Assembly (NCBI GenBank): GCA_044892525.1
Contig: CM097885.1
Location: 18,478,001-18,542,000 of the forward strand
Direction: 5' to 3'
Source: Schmidtea polychroa
Lineage: Eukaryota
Length of the DNA: 64,000 bases
This document shows, in pieces, positions 1 through 10,745 of this stretch. The position numbers were made by a program, and so were the translations under genes. Each line of letters opens with the position of its first letter. Positions within the stretch are counted from its first letter, which is position 1. The notes under the pieces are model-generated. The model was given only the letters and a program-made list of their open reading frames with translations. It did not search any database and was not told where the DNA came from.

Positions 1-82
1 TGATATTTTAAAGATTTCTAAAGATTTGTTAAAACAAGGAATAATTTCAAAAGATAAATTTAATAAATATACGAAGTTATAA
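1..82 (+). CDS. 3' end of the conserved Polinton ORF paralogous to 8425-9306
   Basis: Reads DILKISKDLLKQGIISKDKFNKYTKL*, identical to the C-terminus of ORF 8425-9306. Confidence 0.85.
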   Translation, partial: DILKISKDLLKQGIISKDKFNKYTKL

Positions 83-105
83 AATACAAAGTTATAAAAT
101 ATAAA

Positions 106-570
106 ATGACTAATCCTTCAATATTAGATTTTTTAAAAACATTTGGAATAAATGCAAAAACAAATTTTGATTTAAAAGATTATGCAAATTATTTAAATTT
201 AAAAATAAAAATATTAATGAATGATGAATTATCAAGTCTGAAAGATATTCTGAAAGAAGACACTCAAAAGAAACGAAGTCCCCTGAATATAATAATCAAT
301 TATCAAAATTCAAATGAAAAAGGATCTCATTGGGTTTGTATATATAATAAATCTATATACTTTGATTCTTTTGGGATTAAACCTACTAAAGAAGTTGAAG
401 ACTATCTCTCGAGGGGTTCCACTTTTAATTCTTTACAAGTTCAACCTAATAATACTAAAATATGTGGTATTATAAGTTTATATGTTTTGTATAGATTGAA
501 TAAATCCAAAGGAGAAGGTTTCACTTCCTTAATCCAAGAAATTTATAATGATTTAAAATCTCTATTATGA
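106..570 (+). CDS. Adenain-like cysteine (maturation) protease, copy B
   Basis: GSHWV, YFDSFG, QVQ and KICG motifs give the His/Asp/Gln/Cys catalytic residues of adenovirus/Polinton proteases. Confidence 0.9.
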   Translation: MTNPSILDFLKTFGINAKTNFDLKDYANYLNLKIKILMNDELSSLKDILKEDTQKKRSPLNIIINYQNSNEKGSHWVCIYNKSIYFDSFGIKPTKEVEDYLSRGSTFNSLQVQPNNTKICGIISLYVLYRLNKSKGEGFTSLIQEIYNDLKSLL

Positions 571-1327
571 AAATGGAGCTTCGCAACCTTCCGGAAGATA
601 ATTTTAAAAAAATGGTAAACATAATGTCAGATAAATATTCAAGAACTTTATCTATAAATTCAAAAGAATCAGACTTTACTATAAACTTTCAAGATTCAAT
701 AAAATTAGATCAAGATTTAAATTATGAATTAGGTCTATTATGGTTTTGTGCTTATAATACTATTTTTAATATAACTAAAGATAATAACATATTTTATTAT
801 ATAAGCCCAAAATCTACAGATAAGATTATAATAACAATCGAACCTGGGGCTTATGGGATAAAAGATTTAAATAATATACTTTCTAAAAGAACAAATGGAG
901 CCATTAAAATTAAAATGGATTTACCAACTTCAAAATGTATAATGACTTTAGAGAATATAGGAATTAGTTTTCAAAATAATAGTTTCTTTAGAACAATTTT
1001 AGGATTTACACAAAACCATTATACCACACCTGAAGTTACATCAGAACATATTATAAAATAATAAATACAAACACAATAAATATTCATTGCGATTGTATAA
1101 CAGGTTCTTATAATAATGGTAAACAAACAAATGTTTTATATTCCTTTCCCTCAAACACAGTTCCTGTGGGATATAAAATAGTTGAAAGAATGAATCCTCC
1201 AAATTATTTACCTTTATGTAGAAAATATATAATGGATATTAATTTTAAAATTCTTAATCAAGAAGGAGAATTGATTGATTTTAATGGAGAAGAGATTTCA
1301 ATGTATTTACATTTGAAACAGGTTTGA
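567..1327 (+). pseudogene. Minor capsid (penton) protein, copy B, 1-bp frameshift near 1055
   Basis: Homologous to 7125-7889; one A is missing in ATAAAAATA; homology continues to LHLKQV* at 1327. Confidence 0.8.
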
Positions 1328-1346
1328 CATTTTAAATTATTAATAA

Positions 1347-2345
1347 ATGAGTTCTTATATTCCTTGTAATAGAGGTGGTGGAACAATAAAAACAGGGTTT
1401 AATACAGAAGAAATATTAACTTTAACAGAAAATAAATATATTAATGAAAGAGGTGATTCAATGAAGGGAGATTTAAATTTAAATGGACACAAGATAAAAG
1501 ATTTATCTTTACCAACTGATGAAGGTGATGCTGCTAATAAAAAATATGTAGATGGTGTTAAAAATTATACTGATTTAACAACAACAAGAATTGAAAGTTC
1601 ATTAACAACAAAAATTGATTCAATGGAATCAAAGCTTAATAATATCGAACAACGATTTAATGATAAATTTGACAAGTTACAAAGTCTGTTAACTGAACAA
1701 GTTGTAAAGTTAAATACTAGTATATTAAATTCTAAAGATAAACAAATTATGAATACTAAATTTAATACAATATATAATATAATAAATGAGATGATTACAT
1801 CATTTAATAAAAGACTTTCAAATTTAGAATCTCATACAACACACATTAACACCACACATAGTATTAGAAAAAGAGCTGCTGAATTAGAACAGAATAAAAC
1901 ATTATTACCCCATACATATAAACATTTTATAGAACCAACTTTAATAACAAAAAAAAGTAAAGAATGGAGTGTTTTTATGGTTGTAAAAATTATTGATCCT
2001 TATTTCTTTTTATTTGATGATGATAATGAAAGAATGAAATGGTTTGTGAAATGTGATTATAATAGTAAGCTTGAAAAGGGTGATGTTATAATAAGTGGTT
2101 ATGATTTAACACATGGATATTGGCATGATAAAACTGATTCACATAAAACACATAAAGTTAAAAGTAAGAATATTATTTTTAAAAGCACACTTGTACAATA
2201 TATAGATTTAATATTTTATGAAAAAAAGGTTGATGTTGATGAAGTTCGTAAAGCATTGATGGAATTGTATAAAGACATTCTCTCAACAAGAGTCTCTTAT
2301 GATATCCGAGTATTGGTACCAGATAATAAAATCTTATTTTTTTAA
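1347..2345 (+). CDS. Fiber/tail-fiber-like virion protein, copy B
   Basis: GDSMKGDLNLNGHKIKDL..PTD..DAANKKYVD fiber-type motif, then a coiled coil and a globular C-terminal region; the function is inferred. Confidence 0.6.
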   Translation: MSSYIPCNRGGGTIKTGFNTEEILTLTENKYINERGDSMKGDLNLNGHKIKDLSLPTDEGDAANKKYVDGVKNYTDLTTTRIESSLTTKIDSMESKLNNIEQRFNDKFDKLQSLLTEQVVKLNTSILNSKDKQIMNTKFNTIYNIINEMITSFNKRLSNLESHTTHINTTHSIRKRAAELEQNKTLLPHTYKHFIEPTLITKKSKEWSVFMVVKIIDPYFFLFDDDNERMKWFVKCDYNSKLEKGDVIISGYDLTHGYWHDKTDSHKTHKVKSKNIIFKSTLVQYIDLIFYEKKVDVDEVRKALMELYKDILSTRVSYDIRVLVPDNKILFF

Positions 2346-2353
2346 TTATTAAA

Positions 2354-2962
2354 ATGCAAGAAGTAAGAGAAGAAAAAGTTTACCCAGAATTGTCATCAGG
2401 ATATTATTCCCCCAAACCTTCGGCACCTTCGGGACCTTCAGCTCCCACAGAACTTGAAATTATGAGAGTAAAAGAATTTAAGTCAGAAACCTTACATTTA
2501 CAAGATTTATTAAAGCATTATAAAAAAATTAAAAATAGATGGAATAAAGGGAATACAGTTTTAAAAGTTATAGGTTATTCTTTAGGATTTGCATCTGCAA
2601 TATTAACAGTTATTTTACCTATAACTTTACCAGTTTTAACACTTGCGCCAGTAATACTTGGAAGTATTTCTGTAGCTGATGGTTTCTTAACTGAAATAGT
2701 TTCATTATCTTATACTTCAAAAAAGAAAAGTTTATATCATGAAGTTTGTTTGTCAATAGAATTAGGAATCTCTAAATTATTTTTATTTCAATTAAAAGCT
2801 TTGGAAGATGAAATCTTAACTGATGATGAAATAATGAAATCAAATCAAATAATACAAGATATTAAAAATAATATTAATAGATTAAAAAGTGCTAATGTTA
2901 TAACTAATGAATATTCTAAAAAAATTAAACGGGAGAAATGGTTAAAGAATTCTTATTTATAA
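2354..2962 (+). CDS. Membrane protein, gasderminX-like (adintovirus accessory), copy B
   Basis: N-terminal YPEL..PSAP, basic helix, two hydrophobic helices, then KALEDEILTDDE motif. Confidence 0.6.
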   Translation: MQEVREEKVYPELSSGYYSPKPSAPSGPSAPTELEIMRVKEFKSETLHLQDLLKHYKKIKNRWNKGNTVLKVIGYSLGFASAILTVILPITLPVLTLAPVILGSISVADGFLTEIVSLSYTSKKKSLYHEVCLSIELGISKLFLFQLKALEDEILTDDEIMKSNQIIQDIKNNINRLKSANVITNEYSKKIKREKWLKNSYL

Positions 2963-3041
2963 AATGGGTGTATTTTTAAAAAAGTAGATCAGGTTGCTAT
3001 AGTTGCTTAAATTAATTGTCGACATTTTATTATTAAAAAAA

Positions 3042-4108
3042 TTAAATATTGTTGAAAGCCAACCTTTGAATCATTAATTTATGATCTTTAAATTCTTTAT
3101 CACTTAGACCTTTTATATATTCAGGATCAGTATTAAAATATTTAAGTTCTAAACATATAGGATTAAAAACTTGAGAATATAAAGGCTTCTCGATTTCTCT
3201 CTCGGGATAAATGATTTCAACATTATAAATATCAAGATCAGTAATTTTTGTATCATATAACTTATTCAACTTTTCTAGATTTTTTATTATCGGTATTAAA
3301 TTATTTCCTATAGGAAGAGTTGTCTTTAAATCACTTAGGATGAATCTCTTATCATCATAATTTGATAATGATACTTTTTGAGATTCTATCAAGTGAATAT
3401 CATGGTTTTCACTTTTAAGTTGATGTATTTCATCAATTTTATCTTTATGATTTGGATTCAATGTATCTATATAATCTTGATGAGAAAGATTCTTTGCAAC
3501 GGATTTCTGTATTCCTTTACATCTGTTATCCTTTACAGGTTTTTCTTCTTGTCCCTCTGGTCCTTTAGGAAATATAGGATATCTATGTGTAATGGTTTCT
3601 TCTGTTTCTGGAGTTTTAAATATAAATGATCTAGTTATAAATTCAGGGTTTCTAAATGTTTCGTATGAATATTGTTTAGCACGAATAAATATTCCATTTT
3701 CTATAGGAGTAAAAGGTTTTTCATCTTTAAACGAAAATAGTTCTCCAGTTGAATTTATTAAATTTGAAAGTATAGGATTTTCAGCTATATCTCTTTGTAA
3801 ATCATGAGTTCTTATTGTTAAAAACATTGAATCTGTATCCATTGCATGCATTGATATATTAGAACCATATATAGGTTGTAAGATGTTATAATATGTTTCA
3901 TACATTTGTAATTTTGAAAGTTCTAAAATTGAAAACCCTATAAATATTGGTTTGTTGTATGTTTTCTCAAAACTCTTTAGTTCTATTGCAGTAAGACTTT
4001 CAGAAAATACTTGTGCGTTTTTAAATATAGGCTTTCCTAGCATACGATTATAACGCTTAATATCTTTGGCAGTATTAGTTAGGAGTTCAATATGAGTATA
4101 TTTATCAA
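3042..4108 (-). pseudogene. Protein-primed DNA polymerase B, C-terminal fragment, copy B
   Basis: KPIFIGFSILELSKLQMYE, MDTDS, KQYSY, KGI and DDKR motifs; truncated at the 4108 junction. Confidence 0.9.
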
Positions 4109-4122
4109 TTTACCAAATTTAC

Positions 4123-5385
4123 CAATTTTATCTCTCACGAGGAATGATATTAAAAAAAGTTCATAGTGTCATAAGATTTAAACAAGCTCCATTCATGAAA
4201 GCTTTTATCGAGGAGAACATTAGGTGTCGAAACATTGCAAAAAGAGAAGGTAACCTTTTTAAAGATAATAATTATAAAATTTTAAACAATTCAGTATTTG
4301 GGAAAACAATGGAGAATGTTGATAAATATACTCATATTGAACTCCTAACAAATACTACCAAAGATATTAAGCGTTATAATCGCATGCTAGGAAAGCCTAC
4401 ATTTAAAAACGCACAAGTATTTTCTGAAAATCTTACTGCAGTAGAATTAAAAAATTATGAGAAAACATATAACAAACCAATATTTATAGGGTTTACAATT
4501 TTAGAACTTTCAAAATTACAAATGTATGAAACATATTATAACATCTTACAACCTATATACGGAGCAAATATATCAATGCATGCAATGGATACAGATTCAA
4601 TGTTTTTAACAATAAGAACTCATGATTTACAAAAAGATATGAAAGAAAATCCTATACTTTCAAATTTAATAAATTCATCTGGAGAACTATTTTCGTTTAA
4701 AGATGAAAAACCTTTTACTCCTATAGAAAATGGAATATTTATTCGTGCTAAACAATATTCATACGAAACATTTAGAAACCCTGAATTTATAACTAGATCA
4801 TTTATATTTAAAACTCCAGAAACAGAAGAAACCATTACACATAGATATCCTATATTTCCTAAAGGACCAGAGGGACAAGAAGAAAAACCTGTAAAGGATA
4901 ACAGATGTAAAGGAATACAGAAATCCGTTGCAAAGAATCTTTCTCATCAAGATTATATAGATACATTGAATCCAAATCATAAAGATAAAATTGATAAAAT
5001 ACATCAACTTAAAAGTGAAAACCATGATATTCACTTGATAGAATCTCAAAAAGTATCATTATCAAATTATGATGATAAGAGATTCATCCTAAGTGATTTA
5101 AAGACAACTCTACCTATTGGAAATAATTTAATCCCTATAATAAAAAATCTAGAAAAGTTGAATAAGTTATATGATACAAAGATTACTGATCTTGATATTT
5201 ATAATGTTGAAATCATTTATCCCGAGAGAGAAATCGAGAAACCTTTATATTCTCAAGTTTTTAATCCTATATGTTTAGAACTTAAATATTTTAATACTGA
5301 TTCTGAATATATAAAAGGTCTAAGTGATAAAGAATTTAAAGATCATAAATTAATGATTCATAGGTTGGCTTTCAACCATAACTGA
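4123..5385 (+). pseudogene. Protein-primed DNA polymerase B, C-terminal fragment, copy A
   Basis: YKILNNSVFGKTMEN (motif B) and MDTDS (motif C); the N-terminal half is absent. Confidence 0.9.
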
Positions 5386-5471
5386 AACCAACGATATTTA
5401 ATAATAAAATGTCGACAATTAATTTAAGCAACTATAGCAACCTGATCTACTTTTTTAAAAATACACCCATT

Positions 5472-6065
5472 TTATAAGTAAGAATTCTTTAACCATTTTT
5501 CTCGAGATGTTTTTTTATTACTTATAACATTAGCCACCATGCCCTCCCTTTTTAATCTTATAACCTCATTCTTTATATCTTGTATTATTTGATTTGATTT
5601 CATTATTTCTTCGTCTGTCAGGATTCCATCTTCCAAAGCTTTTAATTGAAATAAAAATAATTTAGAGATTCCTAATTCTATTGATAAACAAACTTCTCTA
5701 TATAAACTTTTCTTTTTAGAAGTATAAGATAATGAAACTATTTCAGTTAAGAAACCATCAGCCACAGAAATACTTCCAAGTATTACAGGTGCAAGAGTAA
5801 CAACTGGTAAAGTTATGGGTAAAATAACTGTTAATATTGCAGATGCAAATCCTAAAGAATAACCTATAACTTTTAAAACTGTATTCCCTTTATTCCATCT
5901 ATTTTTAATTTTTTTATAATGCTTTAATAAATCTTGTAAATGTAAGGTTTCTGATTTAAATTCTTTTACTCTCATAATTTCAAGTTCTGTGGGAGCCGAG
6001 ACCTTGGAAGAATAATATCCTGATGACAATTCTGGGTAAATTTTTTCTTCTCTTACTTCTTCCAT
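5472..6065 (-). CDS. Membrane protein, gasderminX-like, copy A
   Basis: Paralog of 2354-2962. Confidence 0.6.
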   Translation of the reverse strand: MEEVREEKIYPELSSGYYSSKVSAPTELEIMRVKEFKSETLHLQDLLKHYKKIKNRWNKGNTVLKVIGYSLGFASAILTVILPITLPVVTLAPVILGSISVADGFLTEIVSLSYTSKKKSLYREVCLSIELGISKLFLFQLKALEDGILTDEEIMKSNQIIQDIKNEVIRLKREGMVANVISNKKTSREKWLKNSYL

Positions 6066-6073
6066 TTTAATAA

Positions 6074-7084
6074 TTAAAAAAATAAGACTTTATTCTTCTG
6101 AGCACCATCTGGCACCAATACTCGGATATCAAAAGAAACTCTTGTTGAGAGGATATCTTTATACAATTCTCTCAATGCTTTACGAACTTCATCAACATCA
6201 ACCTTTTTTTCATAAAATATTAAATCTATATATTGTACAAGTGTGCTTTTAAAAATAATATTCTTACTTTTAACTTTATGTAGTCCATGTGAATGAGTAT
6301 TAACATACCAATCTCCGTGTGGTAAATCATAACTAGTCATTATAACATCACCCTTTTCAAGCTTACTATTATAATCACATTTCACAAACCATTTCATTCT
6401 TTCATTATCATCATCAAACAAAAAGAAATAAGGATCAATAATTTTTACAACCATAAAAACACCCCATTCTTTACTGTTTGTTGTTATTAAACTTGGTTCT
6501 ATAAAATGTTTATATGTATGGGGTAATAATGTTTTATTCTGTTCTAATTCAGCAGCTCTTTTTCTAATACTATGTGTGGTGTTAATGTGTCTTCAATGAG
6601 ACTCTAAATTTGAAATTCTTTTATTAAATGATGTAATCATCTCATTTATTATTTTATATATTGTATTAAATTTAGTATTCATAATTTGTTTATCTTTAGA
6701 ATTTAATATAGCAGTATTTAACTTTACAACTTGTTCAGTTAACAGACTTTGTAACTTGTCAAATTTATCATTAAATCGTTGTTCGATATTATTAAGCTTT
6801 GATTCCATTGAATCCATTTTTGTTGTTAATGAACTTTCAATTCTTGTTGTTGTTAAATCAGTATATTTTTTAACACCATCTACATATTTCTTATTAACTG
6901 CATCAGCTTCATCAGTTGGAAAAGATAATTCTTTTATCTTGTGTCCATTTAAAATTAAATCACCCTTCATTGAATCACCTCTTTCATTAATATATTTATT
7001 TTCTGTTAAAGTTAATATTTCTTCTGTATTAAACCCTGTTTTTATTGTTCCACCACCTCTATTACATGGAATATAAGAACTCAT
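6074..7084 (-). pseudogene. Fiber-like protein, copy A, with an in-frame TGA at 6593-6595
   Basis: Colinear with 1347-2345; the ORF track splits it into 6593-7084 and 6074-6454. Confidence 0.7.
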
Positions 7085-7124
7085 TTATTAATAATTTAAA
7101 ATGGACGGAGTCCCCTGAGAGGAA

Positions 7125-7889
7125 CTAAACCTGTTTCAAATGTAAATACATTGAAATCTCTTCTCCATTAAAATCAATCAATTCTCCTTCTTGATTAAGA
7201 ATTTTAAAATTAATATCCATTATATATTTTCTACATAAAGGTAAATAATTTGGAGGATTCATTCTTTCAACTATTTTATATCCCATAGGAACTGTGTTTG
7301 AGGGAAAGGAATATAAAACATTTGTTTGTTTACCATTATTATAAGAACCTGTTATACAATCGCAATGAATACTTATTGTGTTTGTATTTATTATTTTTAT
7401 AATATGTTCTGATGTTATTATTTTATCTTCTTTTATTGTTATATCCATAGGTTTAAATCCTAAAACTGTGTGAAAGAAACAATTATCTAAAAAACTAATT
7501 TTTATATTTTTCAAAGTCATTACACATTTTGAAGTTGGTATATCCATTTTAATTTTAATACCTTCATTTGTTTTTTTAGAAAGTATATCATTTAAATCTT
7601 TTATCTCATATGCCCCAGGTTCTATTGTTATAATTTCTGGTTTATGCCCATCACGAGTTTGAATAGTAAATTTATTATTATCTTTAGTTATATTAAAAAT
7701 AGTATTATAAGCACAAAACCATAATAGCCCCAATTCATAATTTAAATTTTGATCTAATTTAATTGAATCTTGAAAGTTTATAGTAAAGTCTGATTCTTTT
7801 GAATTTATAGATAAAGTTCTTGAATATTTATCTGACATTATGTTTACCATTTTTTTTAAATTATCTTCCGGAGGGTTGTGAAGCTCCAT
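7125..7889 (-). CDS. Minor capsid (penton) protein, copy A
   Basis: 254 aa with IEPGAYEI, LGF, IHCDCITGSYNNG, and ILNQEGELIDFNGE...LHLK C-terminus typical of Polinton minor capsid. Confidence 0.8.
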   Translation of the reverse strand: MELHNPPEDNLKKMVNIMSDKYSRTLSINSKESDFTINFQDSIKLDQNLNYELGLLWFCAYNTIFNITKDNNKFTIQTRDGHKPEIITIEPGAYEIKDLNDILSKKTNEGIKIKMDIPTSKCVMTLKNIKISFLDNCFFHTVLGFKPMDITIKEDKIITSEHIIKIINTNTISIHCDCITGSYNNGKQTNVLYSFPSNTVPMGYKIVERMNPPNYLPLCRKYIMDINFKILNQEGELIDFNGEEISMYLHLKQV

Positions 7890-7937
7890 TTCTTTAGTAG
7901 TAAATTCATATAGTAAAAATCCTTATAGTAAAAATCC

Positions 7938-8402
7938 TTATAGTAGAGATTCTAGATCATTATAAATTTCTTGAATTATAGATTCAAAATCCCGCGTATG
8001 CCCCTTTCCCTCTCCCTTATTCAATCTATACAAAACATATAAACTTAAAATACCACATATTTTAGTATTCAAAGGTTGAACTTGTAAAGAGTTAAAAGTA
8101 TAACCATTTGGGGAATCAATCGGAGAACCCCTCAAGAGATAATCTTCAACTTCTTTAGTAGGTTTAATCCCAAAAGAATCAAAGTAGATAGATTTCTTAT
8201 ATATACAAACCCAATGAGATCCTTTTTCATTTGAATTTTGATAATTGATTATTATATTCAGGGGACTCTCCAGACTTGATAATTCATCATTCATTAATAT
8301 TTTAATTTTTAAATTTAAATAATTTGCATAATCTTTTAAATCAAAATTTGTTTTTGCATTTATTCCAAATGTTTTTAAAAAATCTAATATTGAAGGAGTC
8401 AT
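7938..8402 (-). CDS. Adenain-like cysteine protease, copy A
   Basis: GSHWV / YFDSFG / QVQ / ICG motifs. Confidence 0.9.
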   Translation of the reverse strand: MTPSILDFLKTFGINAKTNFDLKDYANYLNLKIKILMNDELSSLESPLNIIINYQNSNEKGSHWVCIYKKSIYFDSFGIKPTKEVEDYLLRGSPIDSPNGYTFNSLQVQPLNTKICGILSLYVLYRLNKGEGKGHTRDFESIIQEIYNDLESLL

Positions 8403-8424
8403 TTTGTATTTTAAAACTTCGTAT

Positions 8425-9306
8425 TTATAACTTCGTATACTTATTAAATTTATCTTTTGAAATTATTCCTTGTTTTAACAAATCTTTAGAAATCTTTAAA
8501 ATATCAGAATCTAAATTATTATGTCCTGCTTTCCTTGCAGCTAATAGTTTTCTTAATTCAATAAAAAGATTGATGGGATTTGGTTTACCACCTTCACTAA
8601 TTAATCCCTCTCCCTCTGTAACAACATAACCCTTTTCATTTTTATTTAAATAATTCTTTAAATCTTGAATATATTTTGCTTTAGAACTAGCTCTTATTAA
8701 TCTTATTAAATTTAAATATTTTTTAATTTCTTCAACATCATCTGAAGAATATCCACAAAGTAATTTATAAAAATCATCTGTAAATTCAAAGTCTAAATAT
8801 TCATTATTATAAACATTTTGTGAATGAATACGTGATTTATTTTCTGAATTTGAATATAAAGTAAAGTTTTGTTTATTAATTGTTATTATTTGATATCCTT
8901 CAGTATTAGTATTAAATGTGGGTCTAATTGAAGGAGGTAAATCATCTCTAATTTTAGGATCAACTTTAAGAGGTTTTGTTTTTAAAAACATTTCTTCTTC
9001 TTCCACATTAGAAATTCTTCTGCGTTTTCTTTGATTTCTTTCAGGATGGTTTTCACTGGATTCTTTTTCTTTATCCTGCCACTCTAGTTCTTTTATTTTT
9101 TGTTTTTTATCTTCTAACTCTTTAAATTTTGCTTGCTCATTGAAATCTTCCAACTCTTTTATAGCTTTAATTGTTGGCCCCTGTTGTTGTGTTATTACCT
9201 CATTTAATATTATAGATTCAGCATGTTGAGTTGTATCTTTTTTATTATATTTATCTTGTTCTGATTGTAATTTTTTTAAAAGTGCTAATCTTTCTTCATA
9301 TACCAT
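8425..9306 (-). CDS. Conserved Polinton uncharacterised protein
   Basis: C-terminal GEG...PINLFIELRKLLAARKAGHNN resembles a motif recurrent in Polinton ORFs; basic RNQRKRRR (NLS-like). Confidence 0.6.
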   Translation of the reverse strand: MVYEERLALLKKLQSEQDKYNKKDTTQHAESIILNEVITQQQGPTIKAIKELEDFNEQAKFKELEDKKQKIKELEWQDKEKESSENHPERNQRKRRRISNVEEEEMFLKTKPLKVDPKIRDDLPPSIRPTFNTNTEGYQIITINKQNFTLYSNSENKSRIHSQNVYNNEYLDFEFTDDFYKLLCGYSSDDVEEIKKYLNLIRLIRASSKAKYIQDLKNYLNKNEKGYVVTEGEGLISEGGKPNPINLFIELRKLLAARKAGHNNLDSDILKISKDLLKQGIISKDKFNKYTKL

Positions 9307-9328
9307 TTTAATGGTATCAAAAATGGTA

Positions 9329-9928
9329 TCATAGTTCGAAGGGCTTCAAGTATAATCCTTTACCATTTTTAGTTTTACAAAGGCATCCATTCTTTAAAGA
9401 TTTACATATTTTTTTTAAATCTTCTTTATCTTTTGAAGATAAAGATTCAGATGTAGAAATTTGATTTTTTAAAAAATCATTTAAACCTCTACCTTTATAA
9501 GGATCAAGATAGAGACCTTTGCCCTGAGACTTTTGCCGACTCCCCTCATATGGATTAAGATAGAGACCCTTTCCAACGGACACTCCCCCTTTAGCTTGCC
9601 CTACCTTCTTCATTGAATCGATTTCAGTTTGTAGTTTTTCTTTTTCTAGGTCTGTCTTTTGAGATTCTTTAGCTTTTTGAACTGTAGTTGCAATTCCTCC
9701 AGCTATTCCAGCAGCACCTGATAGTCCGGCAATGATTGCAGGTATTAAAGCAGCTAATGGAAGAATGCCGCCTTCTTTAGTCGAAGAGCCCTTCAGCTTC
9801 GCTCTAACTTGTTCTTTTACATGTTTTCCAATAAAATATTTTTTACCATCAATTACTACTGATTTATTTTTATTTGAATTTATTAATTCTTGCAAAGATT
9901 CTTCAGTAGAGGAACTCTTCGAGGTCAT
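9329..9928 (-). CDS. Putative virion core/membrane-active precursor protein
   Basis: EGG followed by the hydrophobic ILPLAALIPAIIAGLSGAAGIAGG segment; repeated GKGLYLxP(Y/F). Confidence 0.6.
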   Translation of the reverse strand: MTSKSSSTEESLQELINSNKNKSVVIDGKKYFIGKHVKEQVRAKLKGSSTKEGGILPLAALIPAIIAGLSGAAGIAGGIATTVQKAKESQKTDLEKEKLQTEIDSMKKVGQAKGGVSVGKGLYLNPYEGSRQKSQGKGLYLDPYKGRGLNDFLKNQISTSESLSSKDKEDLKKICKSLKNGCLCKTKNGKGLYLKPFEL

Positions 9929-9943
9929 TTTATAATAAACAAA

Positions 9944-10734
9944 ATGGATATTTGGAAACCAATTTTAAATAGACATAAGAGTAAATTTAATAATAAAGTA
10001 TTTCCTGATAATTTTAGATTATTAATTGTTGGTTCTTCTGGATGTGGAAAGAATGTACTTGTTTTGAGAATGTTACTTGAAGATGATTTTTTAGATTATA
10101 ATAATTTAATCTTTTATTCTACAACCATAAATCAACCAGAATTACAACTTTTGAAATGTGGATTTGAAAATAAATTAACTAAAAAAGCAATAATTGATAT
10201 TTTTAAAAATCAACATAGGTGTCCTGAAGAAGTTTTCAACCTTGTGATATGGTTGATTGGTATAAGGAAAAGATTTTAGAATCAGATATTAGTAATAAAA
10301 ATGATTATATTTGTGAAGAAGGGCAGGAGGCAATTCAAGTTTTATTCTCTAATAAACCTGAAGATGTTTTACATTGTGATTTACTTCCTAAAGATAAAAA
10401 GAATCTAGTTATATTTGATGATGTTGTTAATATGAAAAATCAAGAGATTCAAAAGAGTTACTTTACACAAGGTCGACATAATAATTGTAATGTTATTTAT
10501 ATATCTCAAACATATTATGCTTTAGATAAAAATTCAATAAGAAATAATTCCAATTGTTTTATATTTTTTAAATTAGATCGCCGTGATAAGAATATGATTT
10601 ATAATGATTTATTTTCAAATGTTGAACCTGATAAGAATATGTTTGATATGTTTGTTGATAATCATTGGAAAGAAAAATATAATTATATTTATTTGGATAG
10701 AGAAGAAGCTGAAATATGGAAAAGTTTATTTTAG
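9944..10734 (+). pseudogene. A32/FtsK-like genome packaging ATPase, frameshifted near 10240
   Basis: Walker A GSSGCGK, Walker B LVIFDD, GRHNN..YISQ, IRNN; split over two frames. Confidence 0.9.
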
Positions 10735-10745
10735 GGCTTGTCGAC

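Larger units (their letters stand above)
1..4108 (-). mobile_element. Polinton/Maverick copy B, internal segment (continues left of the window)
   Basis: Diverged inverted copy of ~4319-8507: protease, penton, fiber-like, gasderminX-like and pPolB C-terminus. Its pPolB is on the minus strand, like the pPolB N-terminus at 15180-16807. Confidence 0.9.

Noticed and set aside
3378..5049. Short antisense ORFs over pPolB (likewise over Gypsy pol, 55713-59586)
   Set aside because: Shadow frames of real genes
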